Positions 38,346 to 49,664 of a DNA stretch of 64,000 bases are shown one piece after another. The notes under the pieces were generated by a model. That model ran no database searches. It was not told where the DNA came from and saw nothing but the letters and a program-made list of their open reading frames with translations. The stretch comes from Escherichia phage HY03. Both the position numbers and the translations under genes were made by a program. Each line of letters starts with the position of its first letter. Within the stretch, counting starts at the first letter, position 1. The DNA is taken from sequence record NC_031047.1; one strand, written 5' to 3'.

Positions 38346-39773
38346 GTGGTAGAAATTATTCTTTCCCATCTCATATTTGATCAAGCTTATTTTTCAAAAG
38401 TTTGGCCATATATGGATTCAGAATATTTTGAAAGTGGTCCAGCTAAAAATACATTCAAATTAATTAAATCTCATGTTAATGAGTACCATAGCGTTCCATC
38501 TATTAATGCGTTAAATGTTGCATTAGAAAATAGTTCATTTACTGAAACAGAATATTCTGGTGTAAAAACACTTATTTCAAAACTGGCTGATTCTCCGGAA
38601 GACCACAGCTGGTTAGTAAAAGAAACAGAAAAATATGTTCAGCAAAGGGCGATGTTTAATGCTACGTCTAAAATAATCGAAATTCAAACTAATGCTGAGC
38701 TTCCTCCGGAAAAACGAAATAAGAAAATGCCGGATGTTGGTGCTATTCCTGACATCATGCGCCAAGCATTATCAATTTCATTTGATAGCTACGTTGGTCA
38801 TGATTGGATGGATGACTACGAAGCACGTTGGCTATCTTATATGAATAAAGCTCGTAAGGTTCCATTTAAACTCAGAATTCTAAACAAAATTACTAAAGGC
38901 GGAGCTGAGACTGGAACACTGAACGTTTTAATGGCTGGCGTTAACGTTGGTAAGTCATTAGGATTGTGTTCATTGGCAGCAGATTATTTGCAGCTCGGAC
39001 ATAATGTTCTTTACATTTCCATGGAAATGGCAGAAGAAGTCTGTGCTAAACGTATTGACGCTAATATGCTTGATGTTTCTCTTGATGACATTGATGATGG
39101 GCATATTTCTTACGCTGAATATAAAGGAAAAATGGAAAAATGGCGTGAGAAATCTACTCTCGGTCGTTTAATCGTTAAACAGTATCCTACTGGTGGAGCA
39201 GACGCTAATACATTTCGATCACTTTTAAACGAATTGAAGCTCAAGAAGAATTTTGTTCCAACAATCATTATTGTCGACTATCTAGGTATTTGTAAATCTT
39301 GCCGCATTAGAGTTTATTCAGAAAATAGTTACACAACTGTTAAAGCTATTGCAGAGGAATTGCGTGCTCTGGCTGTTGAAACCGAAACTGTTCTTTGGAC
39401 TGCAGCACAGGTTGGTAAACAAGCTTGGGATTCTTCTGATGTTAACATGAGCGATATTGCAGAATCTGCCGGTCTTCCAGCAACAGCTGATTTTATGCTT
39501 GCGGTCATTGAAACCGAGGAGCTAGCAGCTGCTGAACAACAACTCATTAAGCAAATCAAATCACGATACGGTGATAAGAATAAATGGAATAAGTTTTTGA
39601 TGGGTGTTCAAAAAGGAAATCAGAAATGGGTAGAAATTGAACAAGATTCTACTCCAACTGAAGTGAACGAAGTAGCAGGTTCACAGCAAATTCAGGCTGA
39701 ACAGAATCGCTATCAAAGAAACGAATCCGCTCGAGCTCAGTTAGATGCTTTGGCAAATGAATTAAAATTTTAG
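38346..39773 (+). CDS. 41: replicative DNA helicase gp41 (DnaB-like)
   Basis: 475 aa; Walker A GVNVGKS; GTG start; matches T4 gp41. Confidence 0.95.
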   Translation: MVEIILSHLIFDQAYFSKVWPYMDSEYFESGPAKNTFKLIKSHVNEYHSVPSINALNVALENSSFTETEYSGVKTLISKLADSPEDHSWLVKETEKYVQQRAMFNATSKIIEIQTNAELPPEKRNKKMPDVGAIPDIMRQALSISFDSYVGHDWMDDYEARWLSYMNKARKVPFKLRILNKITKGGAETGTLNVLMAGVNVGKSLGLCSLAADYLQLGHNVLYISMEMAEEVCAKRIDANMLDVSLDDIDDGHISYAEYKGKMEKWREKSTLGRLIVKQYPTGGADANTFRSLLNELKLKKNFVPTIIIVDYLGICKSCRIRVYSENSYTTVKAIAEELRALAVETETVLWTAAQVGKQAWDSSDVNMSDIAESAGLPATADFMLAVIETEELAAAEQQLIKQIKSRYGDKNKWNKFLMGVQKGNQKWVEIEQDSTPTEVNEVAGSQQIQAEQNRYQRNESARAQLDALANELKF

Positions 39774-39802
39774 TTTACAAGCTGACAAGACTATGGTATA
39801 GT
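39773..39802 (+). promoter_or_regulatory. T4 early promoter with inverted repeat around the -10
   Basis: GTTTAC overlapping gene 41 stop, 18 nt, TATAGT; flanked by ACAAGACTA / TAGTCTTGT. Confidence 0.7.
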
Positions 39803-39831
39803 AGTCTTGTTGGTTAAATGAGGAGATTGTT

Positions 39832-40014
39832 ATGGAATTGGTAAAGGTAGTTTTTATGGGGTTGTTTAAGAACGAAAGCATGTTTACTAAAGAGATCACA
39901 ATGATGAAAGATGACGTTCAATGGGCTACTACTCAATATGCTGAAGTTAATAAAGCATTAGTTAAAGCTTTCATTGATGACAAGAAAGTATGTGAAGTGG
40001 ATTGCCGAGGATAA
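39832..40014 (+). CDS. dmd: Dmd (discriminator of mRNA degradation; antitoxin against RnlA/LsoA)
   Basis: 60 aa; matches recalled T4 Dmd. Confidence 0.85.
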   Translation: MELVKVVFMGLFKNESMFTKEITMMKDDVQWATTQYAEVNKALVKAFIDDKKVCEVDCRG

Positions 40015-40015
40015 T

Positions 40016-40273
40016 ATGCATATTGTTTTATTTAAACCTACTCCGTATAACGTCAGGAAAAATACGCAATTCAAAGCACTTATTGCCGATACGTGGGAAT
40101 TGGTGTTAGATATTCCAGCAGAAGAAAGTCCTCCATTTGGTCGAGTGGAATTTATTAAGTTTGCTGTTCGCCCTACGAAGCGGCAGATTCGTCAGTGTAA
40201 AAGGTATTTTCGTAAGATCGTTAAGCTAGAGAAACAGTTTGTAACATGTGATTACGCAAAAGTTTTAAAATAA
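40016..40273 (+). CDS. hypothetical protein (61.4 position)
   Basis: 85 aa from ATG after GAGGA RBS; track start is upstream. Confidence 0.6.
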   Translation: MHIVLFKPTPYNVRKNTQFKALIADTWELVLDIPAEESPPFGRVEFIKFAVRPTKRQIRQCKRYFRKIVKLEKQFVTCDYAKVLK

Positions 40274-40275
40274 CT

Positions 40276-40305
40276 GTTTACTTTTATTGGAAATTGAGAT
40301 ACTAT
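40276..40305 (+). promoter_or_regulatory. T4 early promoter
   Basis: GTTTAC, 18 nt, TACTAT. Confidence 0.65.
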
Positions 40306-40334
40306 ATAAACATAAACTACTGAGGAGATTAATC

Positions 40335-40628
40335 ATGAAAAAATTTGTTTTTGCTGCAATTTTTGCTTTAGCTTCTTGTGCTGCTCAGCCTGCTATGGCA
40401 GGTTATGATAAAGATTTGTGCGAATGGTCTATGACTGCGGATCAGACTGAGGTTGAAACTCAAATTGAAGCAGATATTATGAATATCGTTGAGCGTGATC
40501 GTCCTGAAATGAAAGCTGAAGTGCAAAAACAGCTTAAGTCTGGTGGTGTAATGCAGTATAATTATGTTCTGTATTGCGATAAAAACTTTAATAATAAAAA
40601 TATCATCGCTGAAGTGGTAGGTGAATAA
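40335..40628 (+). CDS. sp: spackle periplasmic protein
   Basis: 97 aa with signal peptide MKKFVFAAIFALASCAAQPAMA; GAGGAG RBS. Confidence 0.8.
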   Translation: MKKFVFAAIFALASCAAQPAMAGYDKDLCEWSMTADQTEVETQIEADIMNIVERDRPEMKAEVQKQLKSGGVMQYNYVLYCDKNFNNKNIIAEVVGE

Positions 40629-40640
40629 TTAGAGGTTAAT

Positions 40641-40997
40641 ATGTATAGTTCTGAATTTTCATATTTAAAAATGGAAAAAATTTCATACGATTTTATAGAT
40701 GAAAAGGTTTATTACAGTTTCCATGAGCCGCGTTTTAATAGTGAGGTTGGGTTTATTGTAGTAAAAGATAATTTTATTTTAAAAATATATTCAGCATTAA
40801 AGGATTTTCACTACGAAAATATTAACCTAAAATTTGATAAAGAAAACGTTCGTAATTGTGCAGTAACAATTACAGGAAATAAAGGCACATGTGTTATGCT
40901 ATCTGATGAAATTAATGATTTGCTAAATGATGCCGAAAAGGTTGCTATTCCATCTATTGATGACCAAATTTTTAATGCTTTTATGAATAGAGGTTAA
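40641..40997 (+). CDS. hypothetical protein (61.2 position)
   Basis: 118 aa; GAGGT RBS. Confidence 0.6.
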   Translation: MYSSEFSYLKMEKISYDFIDEKVYYSFHEPRFNSEVGFIVVKDNFILKIYSALKDFHYENINLKFDKENVRNCAVTITGNKGTCVMLSDEINDLLNDAEKVAIPSIDDQIFNAFMNRG

Positions 40998-41162
40998 TAT
41001 GAAAACATTTAAAGAATTTATCAAAGAAGATATGGTCGCTGGAGATTCAGGTGGTAATCCTGAAAATATCTCTACTGGAACAACATCAGGCGCTGTAGTA
41101 AATAAAGGTCCTGAACAGATTCCTAAAAAGAAAAAAGAGGAATCTAAAGAAAAAGAAGAGTA
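40998..41162 (+). CDS. hypothetical small protein (61.1 position)
   Basis: 54 aa, below the track cutoff; lysine-rich C-terminus. Confidence 0.45.
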
Positions 41163-41165
41163 AAA

Positions 41166-42194
41166 ATGTCATCAATACCTTGGATTGATAATGAGTTTGC
41201 ATACCGTGCATTAGCTCATTTACCTAAATTCACACAAGTAAATAATAGTTCAACTTTTAAATTGCGGTTTAGATGCCCTGTTTGTGGAGATTCAAAAACC
41301 GACCAAAATAAAGCCCGTGGATGGTATTATGGTGATAATAATGAAGGAAATATTCATTGTTATAACTGTAACTATCATGCACCAATCGGAATATATTTAA
41401 AGGAGTTTGAACCCGATTTATATCGTGAGTATATCTTTGAAATAAGAAAAGAAAAAGGTAAAAGTCGTCCAGTAGAAAAACCTAAAGAACTTCCTAAACA
41501 ACCTGAGAAGAAAATAATTAAATCTCTTCCGTCATGTGTTAGATTAGATAAACTGGCGGAAGACCATCCAATTATAAAATATGTAAAAGCTCGTTGTATT
41601 CCAAAGGATAAATGGAAATATCTTTGGTTTACAACTGAATGGCCTAAATTGGTTAATAGCATAGCACCGGGAACATATAAAAAGGAAATTTCTGAGCCTC
41701 GTCTTGTTATTCCAATTTATAATGCTAATGGAAAAGCTGAGTCTTTTCAAGGACGTGCATTAAAGAAAGATGCTCCTCAAAAATATATCACCATCAAAGC
41801 TTATCCTGAGGCAACAAAAATCTATGGAGTCGAACGAGTTAAAGATGGTGATGTATATGTTCTAGAAGGACCTATAGATTCACTTTTTATTGAAAATGGT
41901 ATAGCTATTACGGGTGGTCAATTAGACCTAGAAGTTGTTCCATTTAAAGATAGACGAGTGTGGGTTTTAGATAATGAACCTCGTCACCCTGACACTATCA
42001 AACGAATGACTAAATTAGTTGATGCAGGAGAAAGGGTTATGTTTTGGGATAAATCTCCCTGGAAATCAAAAGATGTTAATGATATGATTAGAAAGGAAGG
42101 TGCAACCCCTGAACAAATTATGGAATATATGAAAAATAATATTGCACAGGGGTTGATGGCTAAAATGCGGCTATCTAAATATGCTAAGATTTAA
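41166..42194 (+). CDS. 61: DNA primase gp61
   Basis: 342 aa; N-terminal zinc ribbon CPVCGDS...CYNC and Toprim region. Confidence 0.9.
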   Translation: MSSIPWIDNEFAYRALAHLPKFTQVNNSSTFKLRFRCPVCGDSKTDQNKARGWYYGDNNEGNIHCYNCNYHAPIGIYLKEFEPDLYREYIFEIRKEKGKSRPVEKPKELPKQPEKKIIKSLPSCVRLDKLAEDHPIIKYVKARCIPKDKWKYLWFTTEWPKLVNSIAPGTYKKEISEPRLVIPIYNANGKAESFQGRALKKDAPQKYITIKAYPEATKIYGVERVKDGDVYVLEGPIDSLFIENGIAITGGQLDLEVVPFKDRRVWVLDNEPRHPDTIKRMTKLVDAGERVMFWDKSPWKSKDVNDMIRKEGATPEQIMEYMKNNIAQGLMAKMRLSKYAKI

Positions 42195-42391
42195 ATTAAC
42201 CCAACTAAAGCAAATGCTAAATCTACGAATGTATCAAGAGTAACTACTGGAATACTAACGCCATGAGCAATAGCAACTGGCGATAAAACAAAATTCCAAA
42301 GTAAAATTCCTATCATAGCAGAAATAGTAAAAGCTATGCGCCTTTTATTACCTTTGATGGCATTAACAAGTGCCATTAATTTTTGTACCAT
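42191..42391 (-). CDS. hypothetical small membrane protein on the opposite strand
   Basis: 66 aa, two hydrophobic helices; AAAGGAGG RBS 4 nt upstream of ATG on the minus strand; only minus-strand ORF lying in an otherwise non-coding gap. Confidence 0.45.
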   Translation of the reverse strand: MVQKLMALVNAIKGNKRRIAFTISAMIGILLWNFVLSPVAIAHGVSIPVVTLDTFVDLAFALVGLI

Positions 42392-42426
42392 ATGTCCTCC
42401 TTTAAATTAATATTTATCATAAATTT

Positions 42427-42456
42427 GTTTACTTTCTCAGCTTGTTATGATATTAT
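42427..42456 (+). promoter_or_regulatory. T4 early promoter
   Basis: GTTTAC, 18 nt, TATTAT. Confidence 0.65.
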
Positions 42457-42478
42457 AAAATAAATTGCTGAGGATGAT

Positions 42479-43821
<1,343 letters not shown>

Positions 43822-43881
43822 TTGCTTACATATTCAAATGATATAATTATTTAACTTATTAATGAATTGAAAGGAAAAATA

Positions 43882-44400
43882 ATGGCTTACTTTAACGAAT
43901 GTAGTCAACTGATCGAAGGCGCTGATAAAGCTCAAAATGAATACTGGGATATTCTTGGTGATGAAAAAGACCCGCTGCAGGTAATGCTTGACATGCAGAA
44001 ATCTCTGCAGATTCGTTTAGCTAAAGATAAACCTGAATATAACCGTCATCCTGATGATTTGGCTACCGCAGGTGAAGTTGTTGATTGGCTGCGCAATCAG
44101 AAAGACTATATTGATGATGAATTCCGCGAACTTCTGACTTCTCTTGGTGGTATGAGCAATGGCGAAAAAGATGCATCTGCTGTATGGAAACCTTGGAAGT
44201 CGCAGCATGGTGAACGCCGTGAAACTCTGATTACTGATTTGTCTCCACAAGACCAATTGGAAATTAAATTTGAAATGATTGATATTCTCCATTTCGTTCT
44301 GAACATGTTCCAAGGTCTTGGTCTTACAGCAGAAGAAATTTTTAAACTTTATTATCTGAAAAATGCTGAAAACTTTGCTCGTCAAGACCGAGGTTATTAA
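43882..44400 (+). CDS. 56: dCTPase/dUTPase gp56 (MazG-like)
   Basis: 172 aa; matches recalled T4 gp56; track start is upstream. Confidence 0.85.
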   Translation: MAYFNECSQLIEGADKAQNEYWDILGDEKDPLQVMLDMQKSLQIRLAKDKPEYNRHPDDLATAGEVVDWLRNQKDYIDDEFRELLTSLGGMSNGEKDASAVWKPWKSQHGERRETLITDLSPQDQLEIKFEMIDILHFVLNMFQGLGLTAEEIFKLYYLKNAENFARQDRGY

Positions 44401-44600
44401 TGGCTCGTTTAAATAAACGTCAACTTAAGAAAGCCCACAAGAAACGTATTGACCAGCTATTTAAAAATTATGACAAGGAGCTCACATACGAGCTCTTATC
44501 TAATCAGCTCCACAAAGCTTACACAATTAAAACTGGACATATACAATTAGGTAAGGTGCATGAAGAAGCCTTAAAATTAATTATAGAGCATTCAAAATGA
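44400..44600 (+). CDS. hypothetical basic protein
   Basis: 66-aa ORF. Confidence 0.5.
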   Translation: MARLNKRQLKKAHKKRIDQLFKNYDKELTYELLSNQLHKAYTIKTGHIQLGKVHEEALKLIIEHSK

Positions 44601-44806
44601 AATTTGATTTTTATGCATGGCAAAAAGCCGGGAGACCGGCTAGTCGAGCATTTGGTTCTGATGGATATAATATTAGAGCTCATTGGAAGTTTAATGCTCC
44701 AGCCGATTATTCTCCGGTAATTATTAACGGTGATGTTGTTATATTAACTAAAATTGGGTATTTTAACGTTCCGCAAGAATTTATTATAAATAATCATGTA
44801 ATTTAA
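44597..44806 (+). CDS. hypothetical protein
   Basis: 69-aa ORF. Confidence 0.5.
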   Translation: MKFDFYAWQKAGRPASRAFGSDGYNIRAHWKFNAPADYSPVIINGDVVILTKIGYFNVPQEFIINNHVI

Positions 44807-44822
44807 ATAAAAGGAGAATTAC

Positions 44823-45065
44823 ATGGCTAGTACTCGCGGTTATGTTAATATTAAAACATTTGAGCAGAAATTAGATGGAAATAAGAAAATTGAAGGAAAG
44901 GAAATTTCTGTAGCTTTCCCTCTTTATTCTGACGTTCATAAAATTTCTGGTGCTCATTACCAGACATTCCCTTCAGAAAAAGCAGCATACACTACTGTGT
45001 ATGAAGAAAATCAACGTGATGCATGGATTACTGCAAACGAAGATTTGTGGAAAGTAACTGGTTAA
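44823..45065 (+). CDS. soc: small outer capsid protein
   Basis: 80 aa; matches recalled T4 Soc. Confidence 0.85.
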   Translation: MASTRGYVNIKTFEQKLDGNKKIEGKEISVAFPLYSDVHKISGAHYQTFPSEKAAYTTVYEENQRDAWITANEDLWKVTG

Positions 45066-45073
45066 TAATTCAA

Positions 45074-45097
45074 GGACTCCTTCGGGAGTCCTTTTTT
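45074..45097 (+). terminator. rho-independent terminator
   Basis: GGACTCC-TTCG-GGAGTCC hairpin plus T6. Confidence 0.8.
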
Positions 45098-45107
45098 CAT
45101 TTTACCG

Positions 45108-45138
45108 GTTTACTTTCCAAAATGAGTATGGTATAATA
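45108..45138 (+). promoter_or_regulatory. T4 early promoter
   Basis: GTTTAC then TGGTATAAT; same terminator-promoter module as at 3288..3350. Confidence 0.7.
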
Positions 45139-45163
45139 GAATTATCTTATAGAGGAGAGCACT

Positions 45164-45370
45164 ATGTTAAATCGCTGGATTAAACCGAATGAAGATTTAG
45201 ATATTATCATTTCACGACATGTAATGAAAAAATATGAACTGCAGCCATGGTCTACAGAAGTTGTTGTGCATTCATTTATGATGTACGCAGATGGTTCTGT
45301 CGAATTTAATGCAGAGATTCGATATGATTATGGTGAGAAGCAAGTTGAATTCAAGAGAGGCTTTTTGTAA
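45164..45370 (+). CDS. hypothetical protein
   Basis: 68-aa ORF. Confidence 0.5.
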   Translation: MLNRWIKPNEDLDIIISRHVMKKYELQPWSTEVVVHSFMMYADGSVEFNAEIRYDYGEKQVEFKRGFL

Positions 45371-45711
45371 TGTTTATCTTTAATTGGTTTAAAAGTTTCT
45401 TTACGGATTTTTTCTCTACAGCTCCTGGAGAAGGTTTAGTTCCTATTTCAAACGACTACCTTCCTTTAACTGTAGTTGAATATGTTTATATGGGAGATGG
45501 AACAGTAGAAGCAGTTACTATGACTTATGAAGAAGCCCAAGAATATTATAAAAATCCTTGGCGTTGGTCAGTACCTACTACATCATCTAATGCACAGAAT
45601 ACACAGTCTAGTTCTGACTCATATGACACTAATGTTCCTGTTCATGTATGGGCGGGCGATTCATGTGGAAGTTCTTGTGATTCTAGTTGTTCATCTACAT
45701 CTTGTGATTGA
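45370..45711 (+). CDS. hypothetical Ser/Cys-rich protein
   Basis: 113-aa ORF. Confidence 0.5.
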   Translation: MFIFNWFKSFFTDFFSTAPGEGLVPISNDYLPLTVVEYVYMGDGTVEAVTMTYEEAQEYYKNPWRWSVPTTSSNAQNTQSSSDSYDTNVPVHVWAGDSCGSSCDSSCSSTSCD

Positions 45712-45719
45712 GGAAAATT

Positions 45720-46205
45720 ATGGAAGCGATTTTGTTTGAAATGTATATTAGCAGTAATAGTATGTCGTTTGTCAAGGATGTTCCAATTACCGTAGCAGTA
45801 ATGATTGATAAAAGATATGATAATAACATGTATCTAGTAGAAGATTTTATTTCAATGCCAGTTCCAGAAGATGTTGAAATAAAACTTAAAAAGATCGGAA
45901 TTATTGAAACTGTACGAAATTCTCCATTTATGTCAATTCAAGCATTTACTAAATCTAACTATATTGATGTTGCTGAAGCATATTATAATAATAAACCGTT
46001 ATCCTTCTATTCATATGATTCAATATATGATTGGAAAATAGATAAAGGAAATAAATTTATAATTACGGACGAAAGCGCGCTATCATATTTTATTACCTCT
46101 TTATGGAATAATTTAAATCCAAATTTGCTAAAAATTCATAAATTTAACGATGCTCCTACTATTGTTTTAGGTAAAATAAATGAAAGCTTTCAAGAAGATT
46201 CTTGA
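45720..46205 (+). CDS. hypothetical protein (mrh position)
   Basis: 161 aa from ATG after TGAGGAAAATT RBS. Confidence 0.55.
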   Translation: MEAILFEMYISSNSMSFVKDVPITVAVMIDKRYDNNMYLVEDFISMPVPEDVEIKLKKIGIIETVRNSPFMSIQAFTKSNYIDVAEAYYNNKPLSFYSYDSIYDWKIDKGNKFIITDESALSYFITSLWNNLNPNLLKIHKFNDAPTIVLGKINESFQEDS

Positions 46206-46383
46206 ATGGTTCAATAGACCAAACTCAATGTACATTGATGATGGTTGGGTTGAACAGGCAAATAAAGAAATGCAGAACGAATCGGAAGAATGGATGAAAT
46301 CAATGATTAGTGCTGAGAAAGAAAAGAAATTAGAACGCTCAGCGCTTAAATTGATGAGAGACATCTATGGGGATAAATCGTGA
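46180..46383 (+). CDS. hypothetical protein
   Basis: 67-aa ORF. Confidence 0.5.
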   Translation: MKAFKKILEWFNRPNSMYIDDGWVEQANKEMQNESEEWMKSMISAEKEKKLERSALKLMRDIYGDKS

Positions 46384-46391
46384 ACAGAGAT

Positions 46392-46544
46392 ATGACGTTA
46401 GAAGAGGCCAAGGCTAAAGCAAATGAAGCACTGGATTTGCTTCTTAAAATTGGCAGTAAAATGATGGAAGAAAATGAGAAATATATCCAGGAAAACAAAA
46501 TTCCCGATGGTCCATTAGTAGGCAAAAGGAAATCACATGATTGA
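46392..46544 (+). CDS. hypothetical small protein
   Basis: 50 aa, below track cutoff. Confidence 0.35.
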   Translation: MTLEEAKAKANEALDLLLKIGSKMMEENEKYIQENKIPDGPLVGKRKSHD

Positions 46545-47007
46545 AGTAGCAAAACACTATTCAATAGAATTTATGTCTAAAGAAGGTAAATCAGTAAATA
46601 CGCTTGATAAAAATTGCTCATTGATTATTCCTTTAGCAGAAAATCCGGATATTTTAATTAAAGATATAAAAGAAAGAAAATATCCAGAAAATATTATTCT
46701 AATTATAAAGCATACTGAAGATATTTTGCAGAATACTGATTCACCGTTTTCTTCTTCTGAAGCTTTAACTATTAAAGGCTATAAAAGAGCTCATGAATAT
46801 GGTCTTTTTGACCTGTTTGAAGACGATAAAGTTAAATTAGCGAGTCAACCTTCTAAAAGTAAAACATTCATTATTGAAGATATTAAAGATATAAATGCAT
46901 TTGTTAGGATGGTCTGGGCTCATTTTGATGTTGGACTACGCTGGAGAATGTCCGAAGAAGAAAGAAAGATTGCTGAAGCTAATCGTCATTTTGGTTTTTA
47001 TCGCTAG
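46537..47007 (+). CDS. hypothetical protein
   Basis: 156-aa ORF. Confidence 0.55.
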   Translation: MIEVAKHYSIEFMSKEGKSVNTLDKNCSLIIPLAENPDILIKDIKERKYPENIILIIKHTEDILQNTDSPFSSSEALTIKGYKRAHEYGLFDLFEDDKVKLASQPSKSKTFIIEDIKDINAFVRMVWAHFDVGLRWRMSEEERKIAEANRHFGFYR

Positions 47008-47015
47008 GAATTAAT

Positions 47016-47198
47016 ATGGATTTATTTGAGATGTTAGAAGATAATCATTCTACGAATAACCAGAATGATTCTAGTGATTATAAGAAAGAGTACCGTATAG
47101 TATTACAGAATTATGGAATTGAAGCCCCAGATGCTCTTCTAGAAGAACTAGCTTCATACCATCTTGACCCTCCGCCTTGGGCTCCCTGGGCAAAATAA
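47016..47198 (+). CDS. hypothetical acidic protein
   Basis: 60-aa ORF. Confidence 0.45.
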   Translation: MDLFEMLEDNHSTNNQNDSSDYKKEYRIVLQNYGIEAPDALLEELASYHLDPPPWAPWAK

Positions 47199-47209
47199 TT
47201 CAAAAAGTT

Positions 47210-47239
47210 GTTTACTTTCCTTTCTAACGATGATATGAT
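47210..47239 (+). promoter_or_regulatory. T4 early promoter
   Basis: GTTTAC, 18 nt, TATGAT. Confidence 0.65.
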
Positions 47240-47265
47240 AGCTTCTGAAGTATACGGAGGCTATC

Positions 47266-47889
47266 ATGATTATTAATCTTGCAGATGTTGAACAGTTATC
47301 TATAAAAGCTGAAAGCGTTGATTTTCAATATGATATGTATAAAAAAGTCTGTGAAAAATTTACTGACTTTGAGCAGTCAATTCTTTGGCAGTGTATGGAA
47401 GCCAAAAAGAATGAAGCTCTTCATCGGCAATTGAATAAAATCATTAAAAAGCATTTAACTAAATCACCATATCAGTTATATCGTGGTATATCAAAATCAA
47501 CAGAAGAACTTATTAAAGATTTACAAGTTGGAGAAGTGTTTTCAACGAACAGGGTAGATTCATTTACTACTAGTTTGCACACAGCATGTGGTTTTTCTTA
47601 TGTTGAGTATTTCACTGAAATAATATTTCGCTTAAAAACTGATAAAGCTTTTAATTATTCTGACCATATCAGCGACATTATACTTTCTTCTCCTAATACT
47701 GAGTTTAAGTATACATATGAAGATACTGATGGATTAGATTCAGAACGTACTGATAACTTAATGATGATTGTGCGTGAACAAGAATGGATGATTCCAATTG
47801 GAAAGTATAGAATAACTTCTATTTCAAAAGAAAAATTACACGATTCATTTGGAACATTTAAAGTGTATGATATTGAGGTAGTTGAATGA
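47266..47889 (+). CDS. modB: ADP-ribosyltransferase, Mod family
   Basis: 207 aa; R-S-E motif YRGIS, STN, EQEWMIP; modB versus modA assigned from length and order only. Confidence 0.6.
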   Translation: MIINLADVEQLSIKAESVDFQYDMYKKVCEKFTDFEQSILWQCMEAKKNEALHRQLNKIIKKHLTKSPYQLYRGISKSTEELIKDLQVGEVFSTNRVDSFTTSLHTACGFSYVEYFTEIIFRLKTDKAFNYSDHISDIILSSPNTEFKYTYEDTDGLDSERTDNLMMIVREQEWMIPIGKYRITSISKEKLHDSFGTFKVYDIEVVE

Positions 47890-48488
47890 AATATTCAGCA
47901 ATGCAATTAAAAGATTTTAAAATCAAATCAATGGATGCATCGGTGCGTGCTTCTATTCGTGAAGAATTACTTTCTGAAGGATTTAATTTATCTGAAATTG
48001 AACTTTTAATTCATTGTATTACTAATAAGCCAGACGATCATTCTTGGTTAAATGAAATAATCAAATCTCGTTTGGTTCCAAACGATAAACCTCTTTGGAG
48101 AGGTGTTCCAGTTGAGACTAAACAGGTGTTAAATCAAGGAATTGATATTATTACATTTGATAAAGTAGTATCAGCTTCATATGATAAAAATATAGCTCTA
48201 CATTTTGCTTCCGGTTTAGAGTATAACACACAAGTTATTTTTGAATTCAAAGCTCCTATGGTATTCAATTTCCAGGAGTATGCTATAAAAGCTCTACGCT
48301 GTAAAGAATATAGTCCAAGTTTTAAGTTTCCGGATAGCCATCGTTATCGTAATATGGAATTAGTTTCAGATGAACAAGAAGTAATGATACCAGCTGGAAG
48401 TGTATTTAGAATTGCAGATAGATATGAGTACAAAAAGTATTCAACATATACTATCTATACTCTTGATTTTGAAGGATTTAATCTATAA
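47886..48488 (+). CDS. modA: ADP-ribosyltransferase, Mod family
   Basis: 200 aa; R-S-E motif LWRGV, SAS, EQEVMIP; paralog of the upstream gene. Confidence 0.6.
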   Translation: MKYSAMQLKDFKIKSMDASVRASIREELLSEGFNLSEIELLIHCITNKPDDHSWLNEIIKSRLVPNDKPLWRGVPVETKQVLNQGIDIITFDKVVSASYDKNIALHFASGLEYNTQVIFEFKAPMVFNFQEYAIKALRCKEYSPSFKFPDSHRYRNMELVSDEQEVMIPAGSVFRIADRYEYKKYSTYTIYTLDFEGFNL

Positions 48489-48544
48489 TGGAAGGACTTA
48501 GATTCATTATACCATGAAAGTTTTAAAGCATTTTTCATAAAGTT

Positions 48545-48574
48545 GTTTACAAGCTGAAGTAAAAATGTTATAGT
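48545..48574 (+). promoter_or_regulatory. T4 early promoter
   Basis: GTTTAC, 18 nt, TATAGT. Confidence 0.65.
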
Positions 48575-48604
48575 ATAAGTAGTTAACCCGTCCGTGAGAA
48601 AAAT

Positions 48605-49351
48605 ATGAAGCTGTCTAATAACCAAATTCGTAAAATTAAACGTCGTCTAGAGCATACTCAGGCATCTGCAAAAAGACGTTCTAAAGATTTTAACTTAGAC
48701 TTCAATTACATTAAGAACATTTTAGATCAAAAAGTTTGTGCTTACTCGGGAGAACCTTTTGATAATCGTATTGAAGGAGAGAAATTATCGTTAGAACGTT
48801 TTGATAATAACGTTGGATACATTAAAGGGAATGTTATTGCAGTAAAGAAAAAGTATAATACATTTCGTTCTGATTATACTTTAGAAGAGTTGATTGAAAA
48901 GCGTGATTTATTTGCTTTGCGAATTGGTCGTTCATCTGCGAAAAAAGTTCATAAACTAAATTTAGATGAAAAGAAATGGGCTAAAATCAAAAAGACTTAT
49001 AATCAAATTAAAGCTATACAGAAAAAACGTGAAAACCGAATTGAACACATTTCTCAGCTTTCTAAATCAAAACAGACCTCTGACATTAAGCTAAGAATTA
49101 TAGCACTTAAAGCACGTATTGATGGTTCTCGCATAGCAGAAGGCGCTGAAGTTGTTAAATTGAACGTTCTTCTTAAAGGCTCGGATTGGAAAATTGTGAA
49201 AAAGCTGTCAGAAGCAGAAATGCAATATGATATGTGTGATAAAATTATTCAAGGTGTAGAGCGGTATCAAAATTTGTCTTTTATTGATAAACTTAAACTG
49301 AAAAGAGGATACCCGCTAAATTGTTCAATTTTTAAACTTATCCGAGGATAA
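48605..49351 (+). CDS. srd: hypothetical basic protein (T4 srd position)
   Basis: 248 aa between modA and dda.1; synteny only. Confidence 0.45.
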   Translation: MKLSNNQIRKIKRRLEHTQASAKRRSKDFNLDFNYIKNILDQKVCAYSGEPFDNRIEGEKLSLERFDNNVGYIKGNVIAVKKKYNTFRSDYTLEELIEKRDLFALRIGRSSAKKVHKLNLDEKKWAKIKKTYNQIKAIQKKRENRIEHISQLSKSKQTSDIKLRIIALKARIDGSRIAEGAEVVKLNVLLKGSDWKIVKKLSEAEMQYDMCDKIIQGVERYQNLSFIDKLKLKRGYPLNCSIFKLIRG

Positions 49352-49352
49352 T

Positions 49353-49664
49353 ATGGTTTATGTATATGCGATAGTTTACCGAGACAAAGACGGATTTACG
49401 GCGCCAGTTCCACTTGATGAACATCGTCCTGCTGTATTTTTTGAATGGAAGATTGCTGATAAAGTATTTACCACTCTTAAAGAGCAGTATCGACTAGCTT
49501 TAGGTAAAGGAATTCCAAGATTAGTTGAGACTCCACGTAAATTTTGGTTTAATAAAATAGAAGTTAAACATGTTAAGCCTGATGTAGATACACAAAGATT
49601 ATATCAACGAATTCTAGATACTGGGCGTATTGTTAGTATTCCAATTGCAGGGACTTTCCGATGA
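49353..49664 (+). CDS. hypothetical protein (dda.1 position)
   Basis: 103-aa ORF. Confidence 0.5.
   Translation: MVYVYAIVYRDKDGFTAPVPLDEHRPAVFFEWKIADKVFTTLKEQYRLALGKGIPRLVETPRKFWFNKIEVKHVKPDVDTQRLYQRILDTGRIVSIPIAGTFR

Noticed and set aside
45527-45739. + strand alternate-frame ORF of 70 aa
   Set aside because: Lies inside ORF 45370..45711 in another frame; His/Leu-rich low-complexity translation.
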